A DNA stretch of 64,000 nucleotides from a virus (lineage: Duplodnaviria; Caudoviricetes): positions 64,001 through 128,000 of the IMG/VR virus record IMGVR_UViG_3300030419_006251. One strand, 5' to 3'. Positions 52,201-62,542 of this stretch are shown piece after piece. Both the position numbers and the translations under genes were made by a program. Position 1 is the first letter of the stretch, and every line of letters begins with the position of its first letter. A model generated the notes under the pieces. It saw only the letters and a list, made by a program, of their open reading frames with translations, did no database searches and was not told the origin of the DNA.

Positions 52201-55200
52201 CGCTCATTGTAAATTTTCGCGGTGCTGTGCCAACAGCGTTATAAGGGGCAACCACTGACATTCCGCGAACACCATAGCGCCACTGATCTGCTGAGCCGGT
52301 TGTTTCAATCGTGTGCCTTCTGTGGTATTGAGCGCCCGGGACTAGCTGATCATAATTGACTGCACTTCCATAATAGGTCTTTCCTCTTAACTGAACATGA
52401 TAATTTTGTAGTTCACCAGATCCAGAAGTCTTTAGGTTCGGATTTACTGCTGAGTTATTCCACTTGTCTTGCGCGGTGGGACTATCGGGCATATTGATGG
52501 GCCACATTTCATCCGGGCCAGTCTTGGATGGGCCCATATAGGCGCCATCATCGGTGGCATCTAGTGGCCATGTGCTATACAGATATTTGCTATCGATCGC
52601 CACACTGTCAAACTTGAAGCCGCCGTCGCTATCTGACTTAGGATAATTTTGTGAATTTTTAAAAGTGGTAATAGATTGAGGATGCACCACATATCGTTTA
52701 TTGGAAATTGGTGTAGTCACGCCGTCGTCGTTTAACCAATTGTCGGGACTAAAGGTTACTCCGCGTTCAGAACGGCGACTGTTCCAGCTAAATTGAAAAT
52801 TCTTACGAGTTCTTACTGTGTTCGAATAGCGATTAACTTCTTTTGGATAAACGCCCTCAGAATATGCTAAGTAATTAAAACTTACAGACGGAACCTTAGT
52901 TGCTCTAGTAAGTGCTTTTGTGTACTCTTCAACCATAGTACTATACATTGTAGGAATATTTTCCGTCAATCCTAATCTATTGTTAATTTCTTGATTTGAA
53001 TACATGCACATATTGTTTCTGTATGTGTGTTGCACTACCGTTCTACTATTAAGCACATGAGTCATAAAACGATTATATACGATAGGCGGCTCACTATAGG
53101 CTCTAAATCCGTTGCCGCGTGGTAGTCCTATAACATTCTTGCTACTTGTTGCTTCTACTATTGTACGCTCTATGGCGCCATCTACTATTGTTAAGGTATT
53201 GTTTTTCTTATGATGTAGGGCTACGGGGTGCTCTCCTCCGCGGATTTGTTTCCATGATGGCCAGCCATATGGACCCTGCCTGCTTAATAATATCGTATTG
53301 AACAGTGCGGCGTTACCTTCTGTTGAGGCAGGTATACCACCAGCAACAAATATATCATTTAAGTATCGTACAATCGAAGTATTTGTATTGCTAGCCGGAG
53401 AGCCTTCAGCGGACTCATAAGATGCCGGCTGAAATAGTGGCCATCCTAAATTATTATCAGAACCAGTGACGGGCTCATAAGTATGCAGATTTAGATTAAA
53501 TGGCGTATACACGAGACTTCCGGAATTTGTAGCGTTTAAGTTAAGACCAAATTTTCTTCCATAAGAACCGCCCCAACTTCCAACAGCGGAGCCAAAGCTG
53601 CTGCCAGTAACAAATTTGATTGCCGGAACATAAGCAGATCCAGTTCTTTCCGAAGCTTCAACAAAGGGTTGGGCCGGCACTTTTCCAGAAGGATGCAGGT
53701 GATGCCATATGGCGTGGCCGTTCGCATCAATAGCAGTTCCATGCAAATCTCTTTCACAAGAAGCCGACATCCACAAGTATTGAGCCCCTGCTCTCGGAAT
53801 TTCGTGAGTTATATACCAATTGTCATAATATGAGCTTGTTGGATAAGTGCAATGTTCTTTTACAACCGTTTCTCCGGGAAGCTGTTTGTTCGCAGTAGAT
53901 TGTTCATGTGAAACATTTAAAAAGGTGTCTGCAGCAAAATCTGATGAGGGCCACGAGTTTATTCTGCCTGCGGGTGGTGCCATATCCCAAAATCTATTTG
54001 TTAAGGTAGGTATACCTGTGCCATCAACTGCGTCATTATATGCACCATCAGGAGAAGAACCGTCGCCGAACCGGTACCACATCGCACATTTTCCAAACGA
54101 CGGATGATCTTCGAGATTAAACGGATTTGGATCGGAAGCAATAATCGTTACATCGTCTTGAGATAATTCATATGGCCATATAGAGCATTCATCCAAATAA
54201 CCGTACCAATAGTATATTGTATCAGTTCCGCACGGACTAGTTCTTCCAATATAACTATCACCAACAGGAGAGACAGGTACAGAATTTATCGGTACAGCCG
54301 TAACAGTAACAATGGTCTCCTTAGTTCCATCAATATATATATCTGGACCTTGAGGAGTTCCGTCAGTATTGATACGGAAACAATTGTGGGCTACGATCAC
54401 ATTACTCCACTGTCCCTCAGTAACCGCATTAGTAGATCTCCACTTTCCGCATGTAAAAGACCAAGTAACCTGTCCGCCGGCGGCATTTATTTGATTATCG
54501 TGATGTGGATTAGTATCTTGAGGCACAGATCTGGTTAAAAACGGTACTTCAACAACCACTTTATTATCTTGATCTAAATAAACATGCCTACTGGCGGTTA
54601 CAGTAAGCGAGTTGCCTGCTGCGTTATTTAAAGTTTGCGAGAGTACTCCAGAACCCAAAGAAAATATTCCTCTCTCACATTCGCCATCTTCTTCGCCTGT
54701 CAGTACATTGGGCCATGTCCAAATTGAAACGGACCATTCTGGCAGAAAAGCGTTTAAAGAAAAGGCGTTTACAGAACGCTGTCCTCTACGATCTTTGAGC
54801 TTTCCTGCTCCATAAGATCCGGCGAGGCCTCCGCTGCCTGGACCGGTGAGACGCGTATCATTCTGGGCTTCTCGGATTGTGCCGGCAGCAGGGGCCTCTC
54901 CCTGATTTTCAACATTGTTTTTTAAATTTCCGTCATCGTCGATATAATCGTTAAATTTAATTTGCAATTCATCAATTTTTCTACCAACTGAGGGGTTATC
55001 TTGTAAGCCGATAGTAACATAGCCTCTAAACACACAGTCTCCAGCGCCGCCAGCCTTTGTCCATTCTAAAGCTTTTCTATTAAAATCACTTTGAGAATAT
55101 ACACAGCTAGGATTTAAGCCATCAATGCGATATCCGGTATTTCTATTTGTTTTATGAAAGTTTGCTTTACCAGTATAATCAAGTGCGTTAACGCTAGCAG

Positions 55201-58200
55201 AACTAATATTTTCTGCGGCGGCTCCATTAGAAATGTTCATCTGATCGCTGTAATAGCCAAATTGCTTTGTATGGTTGGTTAGCAATTCTCTGACTCCATT
55301 TGGCCAGCGTCCCATTCCTCTTACTAACGAATTTCTATAGTTCATCGTATTATAAACAGAATATTGAGCTGTCTCTACATCTAAGCCGAAACCACCATCT
55401 TGATCACCAGCCTGTGATGGACCGCCGGGTGCTGAGAATCTTGACGCTATTACATGCTCGCTTCTACCTCTATCGTGTTTTAGAGTGCCACTAACATCAG
55501 AAACATACAGACATGAACCACTAACCAAAGTGATGCCTTCTGATTCGACAAGGGCCCTGTTGTTGGATTTTCTTCCATGCGCTTGTACGATTTCGTATTC
55601 GTTTTTATAATTACCCATTATCAATACAGAGCCTGTGGCTAATGTTTCTCCACCAATTTCAGTCGTATTTGGAGTATATTTAATATTTTGAATATTGAGT
55701 GGTCTCTTAGCAGAACAGTTTCTCAAATATATTGCTCTTGGTCTATCTATTGGCCTGAACCCGGATGCACATGTTCCCGGGCTTGGAGCGCCAAGAGGCG
55801 GGAATGGGTAGTCTGGACCAACCAAACCAAGCATTAGGGGGTCTGGAGAGTATGGAGAGGAATCCCCAGCCTCTGTAGACGATGGACCCGGAAGAAGCTT
55901 CCATGCTTCGGCTCTATTATTAAAATTATCTACGCCCGTATTTAAATCTATATGTCGATGTTGGCGACCTCCAACATGAGCAAAGGTGAATGGACCCTGC
56001 ATAGGTTCTTCGTTTCTTGAGCCGTAAGAATCAGCATGCAGATTTGTCACTGCGACATTTGAATGAAATGCTTCGTGTATCCGCTTTTGGAATGTACTCT
56101 TTACTGTTGTATAATACAGACTAAATGGCGCCACAAATTCGCCTTTCATAGTCGTTAAATAATCTGGAGGGTGTGCTCCGCCGTACCAAGGATCCTGTCC
56201 GTAATCTCTAAGCATTCTCGCTTTAAAATCATATCTATATTTGTTGTGTGGCCACTCGGAATCTAACCCATCTGTACATATTGGCTCGGCCCGGCCAGAA
56301 ACTCTCCTGGTGGGATCTGAGTCTGCAATATGTTTTGCCGACTTATTAACATAAATATCGTCAAACAACACCACATTAACAGGGAATCCAATATCATTAT
56401 TTTTTCCAAATGGATGAATTGCTGTTCTTGCTATATCTACTTTCTTAGTATCAACAAAGTTTGTACCTCCATGAATTTCTTTCGGTCGATCAAGATTAAG
56501 CCTATATGGTTTTGTAAATCTGCTGACAGCAAATGCAGAGCCGCTATAAGATGTGCCGTCTAATGTAGTCACTTTTCTGGATTCGTCGCGGTGGCGGCCC
56601 GTGATCTTTCTTATAGTCTCTCTATCGCTATCTACTTCAGAATCTCCTGATGTTGTGGCGTCGTCTCTTTCGGCGCGCTCATACCACCAAGGACAATTAG
56701 CTAACTGATTGGTTGTATCGGTAACTGGTGCGTGAGAATATTTCCAATTATATAGCAACTCGTTGATTCCGAAAAGGCCCGCTGTTGGCGGATCGGACTT
56801 CATTTCTATCGTTGGAAATTTATTCCAATATTTATTTCTCTCTAAAACATGGCTTTCAACTGTTGTTTGTAGGCCACGGGAAGTATCAGCAGAAGCAGGA
56901 ATTAATGCATATAACATTTCGTTAATACTATGATCAATCCATTTATAAAACTCTATGTACTTGTCTAAATCAGCTGTATTAGAGACTCTTTCAAAGAAAA
57001 GTTGGCGTAATTTTTCTAAAGATTTATATTCTTGTCGGTACCGATTAACTGGTGCACCGATTAAATTATTAAAATCAACAATCGTACCAAACATGTTTAA
57101 TATTTCTTCAGAAATTGTCTGGTACATGCTCTTTTCTATCGCAAAATAAAACTTTACAGGACGATGATCTCTAGTAAACAAATCGTCATCAGCAGTTCTA
57201 ATGCTAATCATATCGGAGCTATAAATTGTTTCTGGTAACTGCTGTTTTGCAGAATTGACATATCTTTTCTTAATTGCTTTTACTGAATCGGCTGGAAACT
57301 TATCTCCGCGAGCAGTGTGTTGTTTGTTTATTATATCGCCAAACCAACCGTAATCTGTAGATGTTGAAGAGCCAGAAGATGCATCGATCACAGTAAACTG
57401 ACCACTAGTGTCCGATGTTGATAATGTTTCAAAATCCCAGTTTAAAGCAAGAGTCTTGGCCTCTGGAACTCTTATGTTTTCCGTTTCCGAGTGTAATAAA
57501 GTTATATTTTTAGAGGGATTTTTAGTTCCATAGCTTTCAACATCTTTCGCGTGCGCCACGAAAACCGTATCATCGATATAAGTGGGCCAATATCTCACAG
57601 CACTAATTTCTACATCTGAATAGTTTAGCACGGCGCCAGTGAAATTAGTTCTATGGGCTCCAACGAATATTCGTTTGGAAGAGGACATAAAATTTTGTGC
57701 GGCTAATTCAGATAAAGACGCGGTTAATGAAAACTGGTTTTCCGTTGTGTCTAAAGTGTTATTAATTCCTCGGAATTCTAAGGTATAAGATTCGGAAGCT
57801 CCGCCAGTAAACGCAGTTGGCAAAGTGGCAACTGTACTAGAATTCCAGTTACTGTAGTTGCTAAAAGAGATTGTTGTATTGCCTGCCGCACCGTAGGTTC
57901 CTTGCGTTAATAAAACTTCGCCTGTGGCGCCGGCGCCGGCACTAGCAACAATGTCTAAGGTTGAATGTGCATTTATTTTTGCTATAAGATCAGTGGCTGT
58001 GCCTGCACCACCACCGCCCGATCCTGCGATATTATTAACTGCCGTGTTGCCTGAAACGACTCCATCCGCTTCATTATCTATTTCAAAGGTAGCGGATGTT
58101 CCTTCATAATCTACTATTGTAATAGTTGTTGTTTCAAGGGGCTTGTCGTTGAATACAAAAGTTGCGGTTGCAGCATGTTGTTTTCCAGTATAAATTCCGT

Positions 58201-60607
58201 CAGTAATTGGATAATTATCTGGTTTAATTCTAACCGCAAAGTTCCACTTTTCATTATCATAAACATCTTGGAATACGCTGCTTGTTAGCGTAGTTATCGG
58301 AGATTCAAGGCCAGAAACAGTTGTGGCTGAAGAAGTTAATTTAAAATAGCCGTGTGGTGATTCTTCTTCAGTTCTGACAAACAAAACATGGAAGTTAGCC
58401 GGATCGGGATTCTGAAAAGCGTAGCTGCTTGCATCCGATCCTACGGTGTGCATTCCGAATAGTGAAGATTCCGTGAATTCCGTTCTAAAATATCCGGGTT
58501 TATTTTTTTCTGGCTTTTTAGGAAAGAATACCTCTGTTTCCATTGTTGCGCCGAAATGTGCCTCTTTATCAATTGATTTCGAGCCACTAATATAACTAAC
58601 AGAATTTGTGTTGCCCGACTCAGCATATTGATATACTGTAGCTCCAAAAAGAGAGGTATCATTAAAGTTTGCATACCTCCTTACCTTTGCTTTTGCCTTG
58701 TAGTGGTCTTCGAGCTTGTATGTTACATTGTCTCCATAAAGGTTTAATTTAATTAATTCTTCATCGACTCCAAAACAGCGAATTAGATTTCTAAATGCCT
58801 TTTCAGTACCCTTCTCTTTATAAATATTGACAAGGTTGTTGTATATATTTCGGTATATTAAGTTTCTAGTATCGTGAAGTTCAAGCTCAAACTTTTTTGA
58901 TTCACTGCGAGATAGAATTTTAGCCAAGACATCGGCATTGGAGAATAGTTCTGAAGCTGGCATACCATAATGTTCTATCAACTTATTCGCGAACGGCAAA
59001 GGCTTTAAACTAGCAGATGGATAAATGTTGTCTTTTAGCCTGTTTATATTCGATATCTGCATGTGTAGCGTATCAAAATATGATGCCATAATTTGAACTA
59101 AGTTTTCTAGGTCTTGGGCGCCGCGTTTTTCTTGATATTCAAAAATCCAGGCCGGCATAGTGTTGTATATAAGATTGTTATTATTTTTATCCCAAGTCGA
59201 TCCGCTAGTTTTTAAATTATAAGTAAGATCGGATACAGACGGATGAATTGGATATATAATCGGATCTCTAAACTCGGTAGCCGATGCAGTCGATTCTACC
59301 ATTGCCGAGCCAGTTGCGCGCGCAGTAGAGCCAGGATAACCAATCCATACACCATTTGATATTCTACCGGAATAGTCTAGTACGGTCGAATCGTGTTCGG
59401 TGACGCCGGTTATTCCTTCGTTAAATTTGTAATAAACTCCTAAAGTCGTATTTGCTATATCGGTATTTGTTCCGCCACCAACCTGATGATTCCAATATCT
59501 TCCTACTTTCTTATGATCTCTTTCTGTTTTCCAAAATCTAAATTCATCTAGTGATGCAGATAACTTTCCAGCACCTTGTGTTAAGCTAACTCCAGACACT
59601 GGGCTCGCTCTTAGGGCGCCAATATTTGCGACTAAGGCTCCAGTTATTTCTAATATATTTGTACCTAACAGTTTCTCATCATCTAGTGTGCCGTTGACAT
59701 ATAGGCGAGTTCGTATCTTTGTGCCATCATTTTTAAAAGTAAACGCATAGTGTGCCCAATTTTGTAATGAGGACTTTGTTACGCCGGTGCCGACTGTAGT
59801 GTCTGTATACCCAGTAGAGCCAGAAAGACATGTAAGTCTAAATGGAGACGCCGAAGCACTAGAGTTTAATTCAATAAGAAGCCTACCATAATCGCCTGTG
59901 GCGACAGTATTTCCGTTCCATAAATCAAATACTACTTCTTTTACTGTCTTGCTGGCATCGAAGGCTGCTTTTTTTAACCAGAATTCTACAGTCACACCAT
60001 CATCTAATTTCGTTTTAAGGTTTGATTCTCTAGAACCCAGGCCGACTGCTCCACCAGATTTTGTTTCTAAATCACTGTTGGTCTCGTAATAGTTTGAACC
60101 AACTCCCGGCTTGTGCGTGTAAAACTTTTCTACTAAAGTCTTTGCTGAACCTGAATGTGGGCCGCCTTTAACTTGGACATATTCAATGTCGGATGGTAGT
60201 CCGTAGTTCGAAGTAATAGAGCCATTGAGGCTTCCCCAGCCATCAGTTGTCGAGCAAAGATTAATATATCCATTTGTTCTCGGATACATATTCTTGAAAA
60301 TATATAAATCTAATTGAGAAGACGATAATTCCCAATTAACTTTTTCTGCTAAAGTACCATCATAGGGGTATTGATCCTGAATTCTTGATATCGAATCCTC
60401 ATAGTATTTTTCAGCTGATCCGTATTTTGCAAAGTTGGATGCTGAAACAGGATGAAATCGTACATGTGTTAAAAACCTTTCTCTATCTTCGATTCGAGCA
60501 TCAACATAGCGTTCAGACTCAGTGTCCTCGCCATGTTTTTTTACGGATCTACTCGACAAAGGCTTTTGCGCCTTTTCTTTAATAAAAAGTTTTTTGATAT
60601 CACTCAT
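49289..60607 (-). CDS. 3772-aa giant baseplate/virion protein with two LamG (ConA-like) domains
   Basis: LamG-like set 1: VTVEFWLK...WAHYAFT...RLYVNG...LDEFRFW (~59500-60000). Set 2: WSVSIW...WSNVIV...IYIDG...GYLDECSIW (~54050-54750). Wedge-like KGTEKAFRNLIRCFG. Follows gp6-like genes. Confidence 0.78.
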   Translation of the reverse strand: MSDIKKLFIKEKAQKPLSSRSVKKHGEDTESERYVDARIEDRERFLTHVRFHPVSASNFAKYGSAEKYYEDSISRIQDQYPYDGTLAEKVNWELSSSQLDLYIFKNMYPRTNGYINLCSTTDGWGSLNGSITSNYGLPSDIEYVQVKGGPHSGSAKTLVEKFYTHKPGVGSNYYETNSDLETKSGGAVGLGSRESNLKTKLDDGVTVEFWLKKAAFDASKTVKEVVFDLWNGNTVATGDYGRLLIELNSSASASPFRLTCLSGSTGYTDTTVGTGVTKSSLQNWAHYAFTFKNDGTKIRTRLYVNGTLDDEKLLGTNILEITGALVANIGALRASPVSGVSLTQGAGKLSASLDEFRFWKTERDHKKVGRYWNHQVGGGTNTDIANTTLGVYYKFNEGITGVTEHDSTVLDYSGRISNGVWIGYPGSTARATGSAMVESTASATEFRDPIIYPIHPSVSDLTYNLKTSGSTWDKNNNNLIYNTMPAWIFEYQEKRGAQDLENLVQIMASYFDTLHMQISNINRLKDNIYPSASLKPLPFANKLIEHYGMPASELFSNADVLAKILSRSESKKFELELHDTRNLIYRNIYNNLVNIYKEKGTEKAFRNLIRCFGVDEELIKLNLYGDNVTYKLEDHYKAKAKVRRYANFNDTSLFGATVYQYAESGNTNSVSYISGSKSIDKEAHFGATMETEVFFPKKPEKNKPGYFRTEFTESSLFGMHTVGSDASSYAFQNPDPANFHVLFVRTEEESPHGYFKLTSSATTVSGLESPITTLTSSVFQDVYDNEKWNFAVRIKPDNYPITDGIYTGKQHAATATFVFNDKPLETTTITIVDYEGTSATFEIDNEADGVVSGNTAVNNIAGSGGGGAGTATDLIAKINAHSTLDIVASAGAGATGEVLLTQGTYGAAGNTTISFSNYSNWNSSTVATLPTAFTGGASESYTLEFRGINNTLDTTENQFSLTASLSELAAQNFMSSSKRIFVGAHRTNFTGAVLNYSDVEISAVRYWPTYIDDTVFVAHAKDVESYGTKNPSKNITLLHSETENIRVPEAKTLALNWDFETLSTSDTSGQFTVIDASSGSSTSTDYGWFGDIINKQHTARGDKFPADSVKAIKKRYVNSAKQQLPETIYSSDMISIRTADDDLFTRDHRPVKFYFAIEKSMYQTISEEILNMFGTIVDFNNLIGAPVNRYRQEYKSLEKLRQLFFERVSNTADLDKYIEFYKWIDHSINEMLYALIPASADTSRGLQTTVESHVLERNKYWNKFPTIEMKSDPPTAGLFGINELLYNWKYSHAPVTDTTNQLANCPWWYERAERDDATTSGDSEVDSDRETIRKITGRHRDESRKVTTLDGTSYSGSAFAVSRFTKPYRLNLDRPKEIHGGTNFVDTKKVDIARTAIHPFGKNNDIGFPVNVVLFDDIYVNKSAKHIADSDPTRRVSGRAEPICTDGLDSEWPHNKYRYDFKARMLRDYGQDPWYGGAHPPDYLTTMKGEFVAPFSLYYTTVKSTFQKRIHEAFHSNVAVTNLHADSYGSRNEEPMQGPFTFAHVGGRQHRHIDLNTGVDNFNNRAEAWKLLPGPSSTEAGDSSPYSPDPLMLGLVGPDYPFPPLGAPSPGTCASGFRPIDRPRAIYLRNCSAKRPLNIQNIKYTPNTTEIGGETLATGSVLIMGNYKNEYEIVQAHGRKSNNRALVESEGITLVSGSCLYVSDVSGTLKHDRGRSEHVIASRFSAPGGPSQAGDQDGGFGLDVETAQYSVYNTMNYRNSLVRGMGRWPNGVRELLTNHTKQFGYYSDQMNISNGAAAENISSASVNALDYTGKANFHKTNRNTGYRIDGLNPSCVYSQSDFNRKALEWTKAGGAGDCVFRGYVTIGLQDNPSVGRKIDELQIKFNDYIDDDGNLKNNVENQGEAPAAGTIREAQNDTRLTGPGSGGLAGSYGAGKLKDRRGQRSVNAFSLNAFLPEWSVSIWTWPNVLTGEEDGECERGIFSLGSGVLSQTLNNAAGNSLTVTASRHVYLDQDNKVVVEVPFLTRSVPQDTNPHHDNQINAAGGQVTWSFTCGKWRSTNAVTEGQWSNVIVAHNCFRINTDGTPQGPDIYIDGTKETIVTVTAVPINSVPVSPVGDSYIGRTSPCGTDTIYYWYGYLDECSIWPYELSQDDVTIIASDPNPFNLEDHPSFGKCAMWYRFGDGSSPDGAYNDAVDGTGIPTLTNRFWDMAPPAGRINSWPSSDFAADTFLNVSHEQSTANKQLPGETVVKEHCTYPTSSYYDNWYITHEIPRAGAQYLWMSASCERDLHGTAIDANGHAIWHHLHPSGKVPAQPFVEASERTGSAYVPAIKFVTGSSFGSAVGSWGGSYGRKFGLNLNATNSGSLVYTPFNLNLHTYEPVTGSDNNLGWPLFQPASYESAEGSPASNTNTSIVRYLNDIFVAGGIPASTEGNAALFNTILLSRQGPYGWPSWKQIRGGEHPVALHHKKNNTLTIVDGAIERTIVEATSSKNVIGLPRGNGFRAYSEPPIVYNRFMTHVLNSRTVVQHTYRNNMCMYSNQEINNRLGLTENIPTMYSTMVEEYTKALTRATKVPSVSFNYLAYSEGVYPKEVNRYSNTVRTRKNFQFSWNSRRSERGVTFSPDNWLNDDGVTTPISNKRYVVHPQSITTFKNSQNYPKSDSDGGFKFDSVAIDSKYLYSTWPLDATDDGAYMGPSKTGPDEMWPINMPDSPTAQDKWNNSAVNPNLKTSGSGELQNYHVQLRGKTYYGSAVNYDQLVPGAQYHRRHTIETTGSADQWRYGVRGMSVVAPYNAVGTAPRKFTMSGSSLDWFLHTEAGTHDGWEVFGGETTWEVPAQSGKYPFYDSYEEYASEDLRLKGKEYSIIPEFKISEHIPFYMLQKGGDFLAENTASLSLTGSSYDNSGLEDFYKVYSHSDFMKKFDIVDTDHEVFGGPTQIELKCSAYLKLLPYDGFYPAQRTTQLASLFSQSFGPNMYQIDSNIDKTLTIGPSGQTTSPAGGTTGQRVQAAEWSVYMRPFFAPGIMFNSIKSGLAVDYPIMTGSYKVHKDPVIKGVNRGHTAEAASANSSGTGMAYNAAYDHTASGYYIAEPRFHHRIPFEAIINPQQYILDLPVTNMEPHPSGSLYLPLTAAVSSPSSDLYRMAANNFFAEVPEFFLQGGGFSAIASLPENHDLFGQVTEADITSDRKFGALVKIRKSVNKDQNFNRLSSSVRSEYHYRNGQFNMERLGTDNPVPHPWSLSEPTINMYSRPSAFGPPTIGFWGSNAGFNMPYTPPYYDGGAWAYLEFTPSKGSAKYTLDEILEGTEIMYTRAGRQKAKQDPSINSGLGGTSQVEHNQHVPNWPWSRPIDLDRSAHAKDKELKNGNDNIIAKVQNFFDPYPQGRDLIDENAMQISASINLMQKATQKSAEYSAITGQAITVSDDPQSDLTSWVIQTKFETPILNFMKSGSTGRSFAKESSAYGMWHQYGEYPTDSDTGVFLEVVDVPYNFLRMGLAKSHDEAKSIGSLADLVGFDTSPVKLGKPASSKTISEAIVAVPFIEKDGERHFFEIARTTVDEAHSRVLGNPPKSPREGADFVPGESIIDMVEKMDKFVFPPKMDFLTNKDVQPFAMYIFEFSVILSQQDLTDIWQNVLPDIGRTFEHQSATISHPLLATEFMGYDAQVTGKKIQNKLQWMVFKVKQKAQKNYFDKVVGKSRTAYEGVLSNYVTVRDSTSSKLVPMDYTYNWPYDYFSLVELAKVDATVEYGEDPTSLMERAKLDPSSVGLTNLLEGFPETED

Positions 60608-60616
60608 AATGATTTA

Positions 60617-62542
60617 TTACTCTTCTACTCTAAACTTAATCTTGTCTGATAATTCAACCCAATCGCCAATAGAGCCATTGTAGTAGGCTAAGCGTATACC
60701 ATATGAATAGCCGGGCTCAAGCAACGACATATCTAAGTCGAAAAAACTTCCGGACGAATCATAGGACATTAAAGTGTGGGCAGTAGACCCGGTACCGTAT
60801 GAAATTGCATCAACCTTATCTACGACCCTATACACACTATATGAACCGCTCTCAATAATTTCACTATCAAGAGTTGCTATTGCTCTAGTATATATCGTAG
60901 GATCCCAATTTTTCTTACGAGCAAAAAATCTAAATCGAGCTTTTTCGTTAATGGAGTATGTCGATTTAATATTAAGGGGCGAAACAACATATTCTTGTGT
61001 TGGATCTGCTGTCCAAGCATACCCTTGATCGAATCTTTTAGGTTCAATAGCTGAACCTGTGTGAATTTGTTCGCGTCGATCTGCCGAAGAGGCGCCACCG
61101 GGATCTGCTCCTAAGAACCAAACATCAAATAGTGATTCTGTTAATTCTATAGAACTAGTGCATTGAAGCTGAACTTTATAAACTCCCGTGGAATCAACTG
61201 AGGCTGTGACGGCGTACACAGAACTCGGAGCAGCTGAATCGCCATCTTTAATTTGTAGAGCGGAGCCGGTCGGGCCGGCCGAGCCACTATATAGTGCGAC
61301 GGTAAGAGGGCTGTATGTAGCCATATTGGATGTTGAACCATACACTGCAGGAATTGCTTTAAGTTGGCCGCGAATATAGTTGTATAAATACAGATTATTA
61401 ATATTTTCAGAGTCGGCGAGCGAACTACTTAAGTAAAAACTGCCTCTATCATCTTTAACTGCTGAGTCCCAGCGGGCTTCAATAACGGGTCTCTTAAAGA
61501 AAAATTCAGTGCCACGAGCAAAAAATCTTTTTGTGTATGAAGAAGAAACAGCCGTTTCTGTATGTTCTGGTAATTTGAGCATCAATCCATAGTTTGTAAT
61601 ATCGCCGCCTAGCCATCCGACTTCAACAAGATCGGTTATGTCTATTTCTACATCTTCAATTCCTGTACCAAACGATGCAGTGTTTTGGCCGTATTTGCCA
61701 GTGAGAGAGAAGTCTCCACCTTCTGATGTCCATTCGGCCGCGCCATCGCCACCGGTGAAACTGCCGACAGTCAAGCCGGTACCCTCATCTGTATTAGTTT
61801 TGTTTCCAGCAATGCCGGGAGTGCCTTGTGTCACGGTGACAGTGGCATTAGTTGCGGCGGCTGAAAAACCTATAGAGGTACCGGCATTAATTCTAGCAAC
61901 AAGCTGCGCGGCAACTTCTGCTGCGGTAGTAGTGCCGACAAGACCAATTGTAACGGTGGTGCCGGGAGTATATGCAGTAGTGTTGCCACTAGTGCTTGTA
62001 CCTGTAGAAAGATTATATGTTGTCGTTGTGCCGTCAGAATCAGTTAGTGTAAAATCTTTGGTATCAACAATAGACGCTTCAGCAACAGCTGTAATAGTTG
62101 CCGTTGCAGCGGTACCGATCCCTGAAGAGCCCGATTTTGCAACCACCCAGTTTGCATATCCGTCATAATCGTAACCTTCCATGTCAAGGCCGCGGCCTTC
62201 ATCCCAATCGCTTGTAACAGGATATATATTCATGTAAAGGTTGTGCGGTACATTTTGAGAGTGTGCTGCATTGTATAATCTAAGATACCAACTGACGCTT
62301 CCAGAAGCAGGAATTGTTCCAGCTGTGCGATCTGATGCCATATTTGTCGTAGAAAACTTAATTAAAGATCTTGCCTTTTCTCGCGTTAAACCCGAAGATG
62401 CAGAAGCTTGTCCATATATAGAAAATACCTCTAAAATATCCGAGCCTCCCATATTAGAGCCGGTTCCCCGAGTAGACAAATCTTCTTTAAAAGAATCTGT
62501 TATCGTCGCATCTGAAATTGCCAAATATCTTTTAATAGCCAT
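60617..62542 (-). CDS. Baseplate-associated structural protein (641 aa)
   Basis: Directly downstream of the gp6-like wedge gene. DATIT...N.G..DILEVF, W.EG.G.D and F...P..EARWD motifs. Internal Thr/Gly/Ala-rich insert. Confidence 0.65.
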   Translation of the reverse strand: MAIKRYLAISDATITDSFKEDLSTRGTGSNMGGSDILEVFSIYGQASASSGLTREKARSLIKFSTTNMASDRTAGTIPASGSVSWYLRLYNAAHSQNVPHNLYMNIYPVTSDWDEGRGLDMEGYDYDGYANWVVAKSGSSGIGTAATATITAVAEASIVDTKDFTLTDSDGTTTTYNLSTGTSTSGNTTAYTPGTTVTIGLVGTTTAAEVAAQLVARINAGTSIGFSAAATNATVTVTQGTPGIAGNKTNTDEGTGLTVGSFTGGDGAAEWTSEGGDFSLTGKYGQNTASFGTGIEDVEIDITDLVEVGWLGGDITNYGLMLKLPEHTETAVSSSYTKRFFARGTEFFFKRPVIEARWDSAVKDDRGSFYLSSSLADSENINNLYLYNYIRGQLKAIPAVYGSTSNMATYSPLTVALYSGSAGPTGSALQIKDGDSAAPSSVYAVTASVDSTGVYKVQLQCTSSIELTESLFDVWFLGADPGGASSADRREQIHTGSAIEPKRFDQGYAWTADPTQEYVVSPLNIKSTYSINEKARFRFFARKKNWDPTIYTRAIATLDSEIIESGSYSVYRVVDKVDAISYGTGSTAHTLMSYDSSGSFFDLDMSLLEPGYSYGIRLAYYNGSIGDWVELSDKIKFRVEE

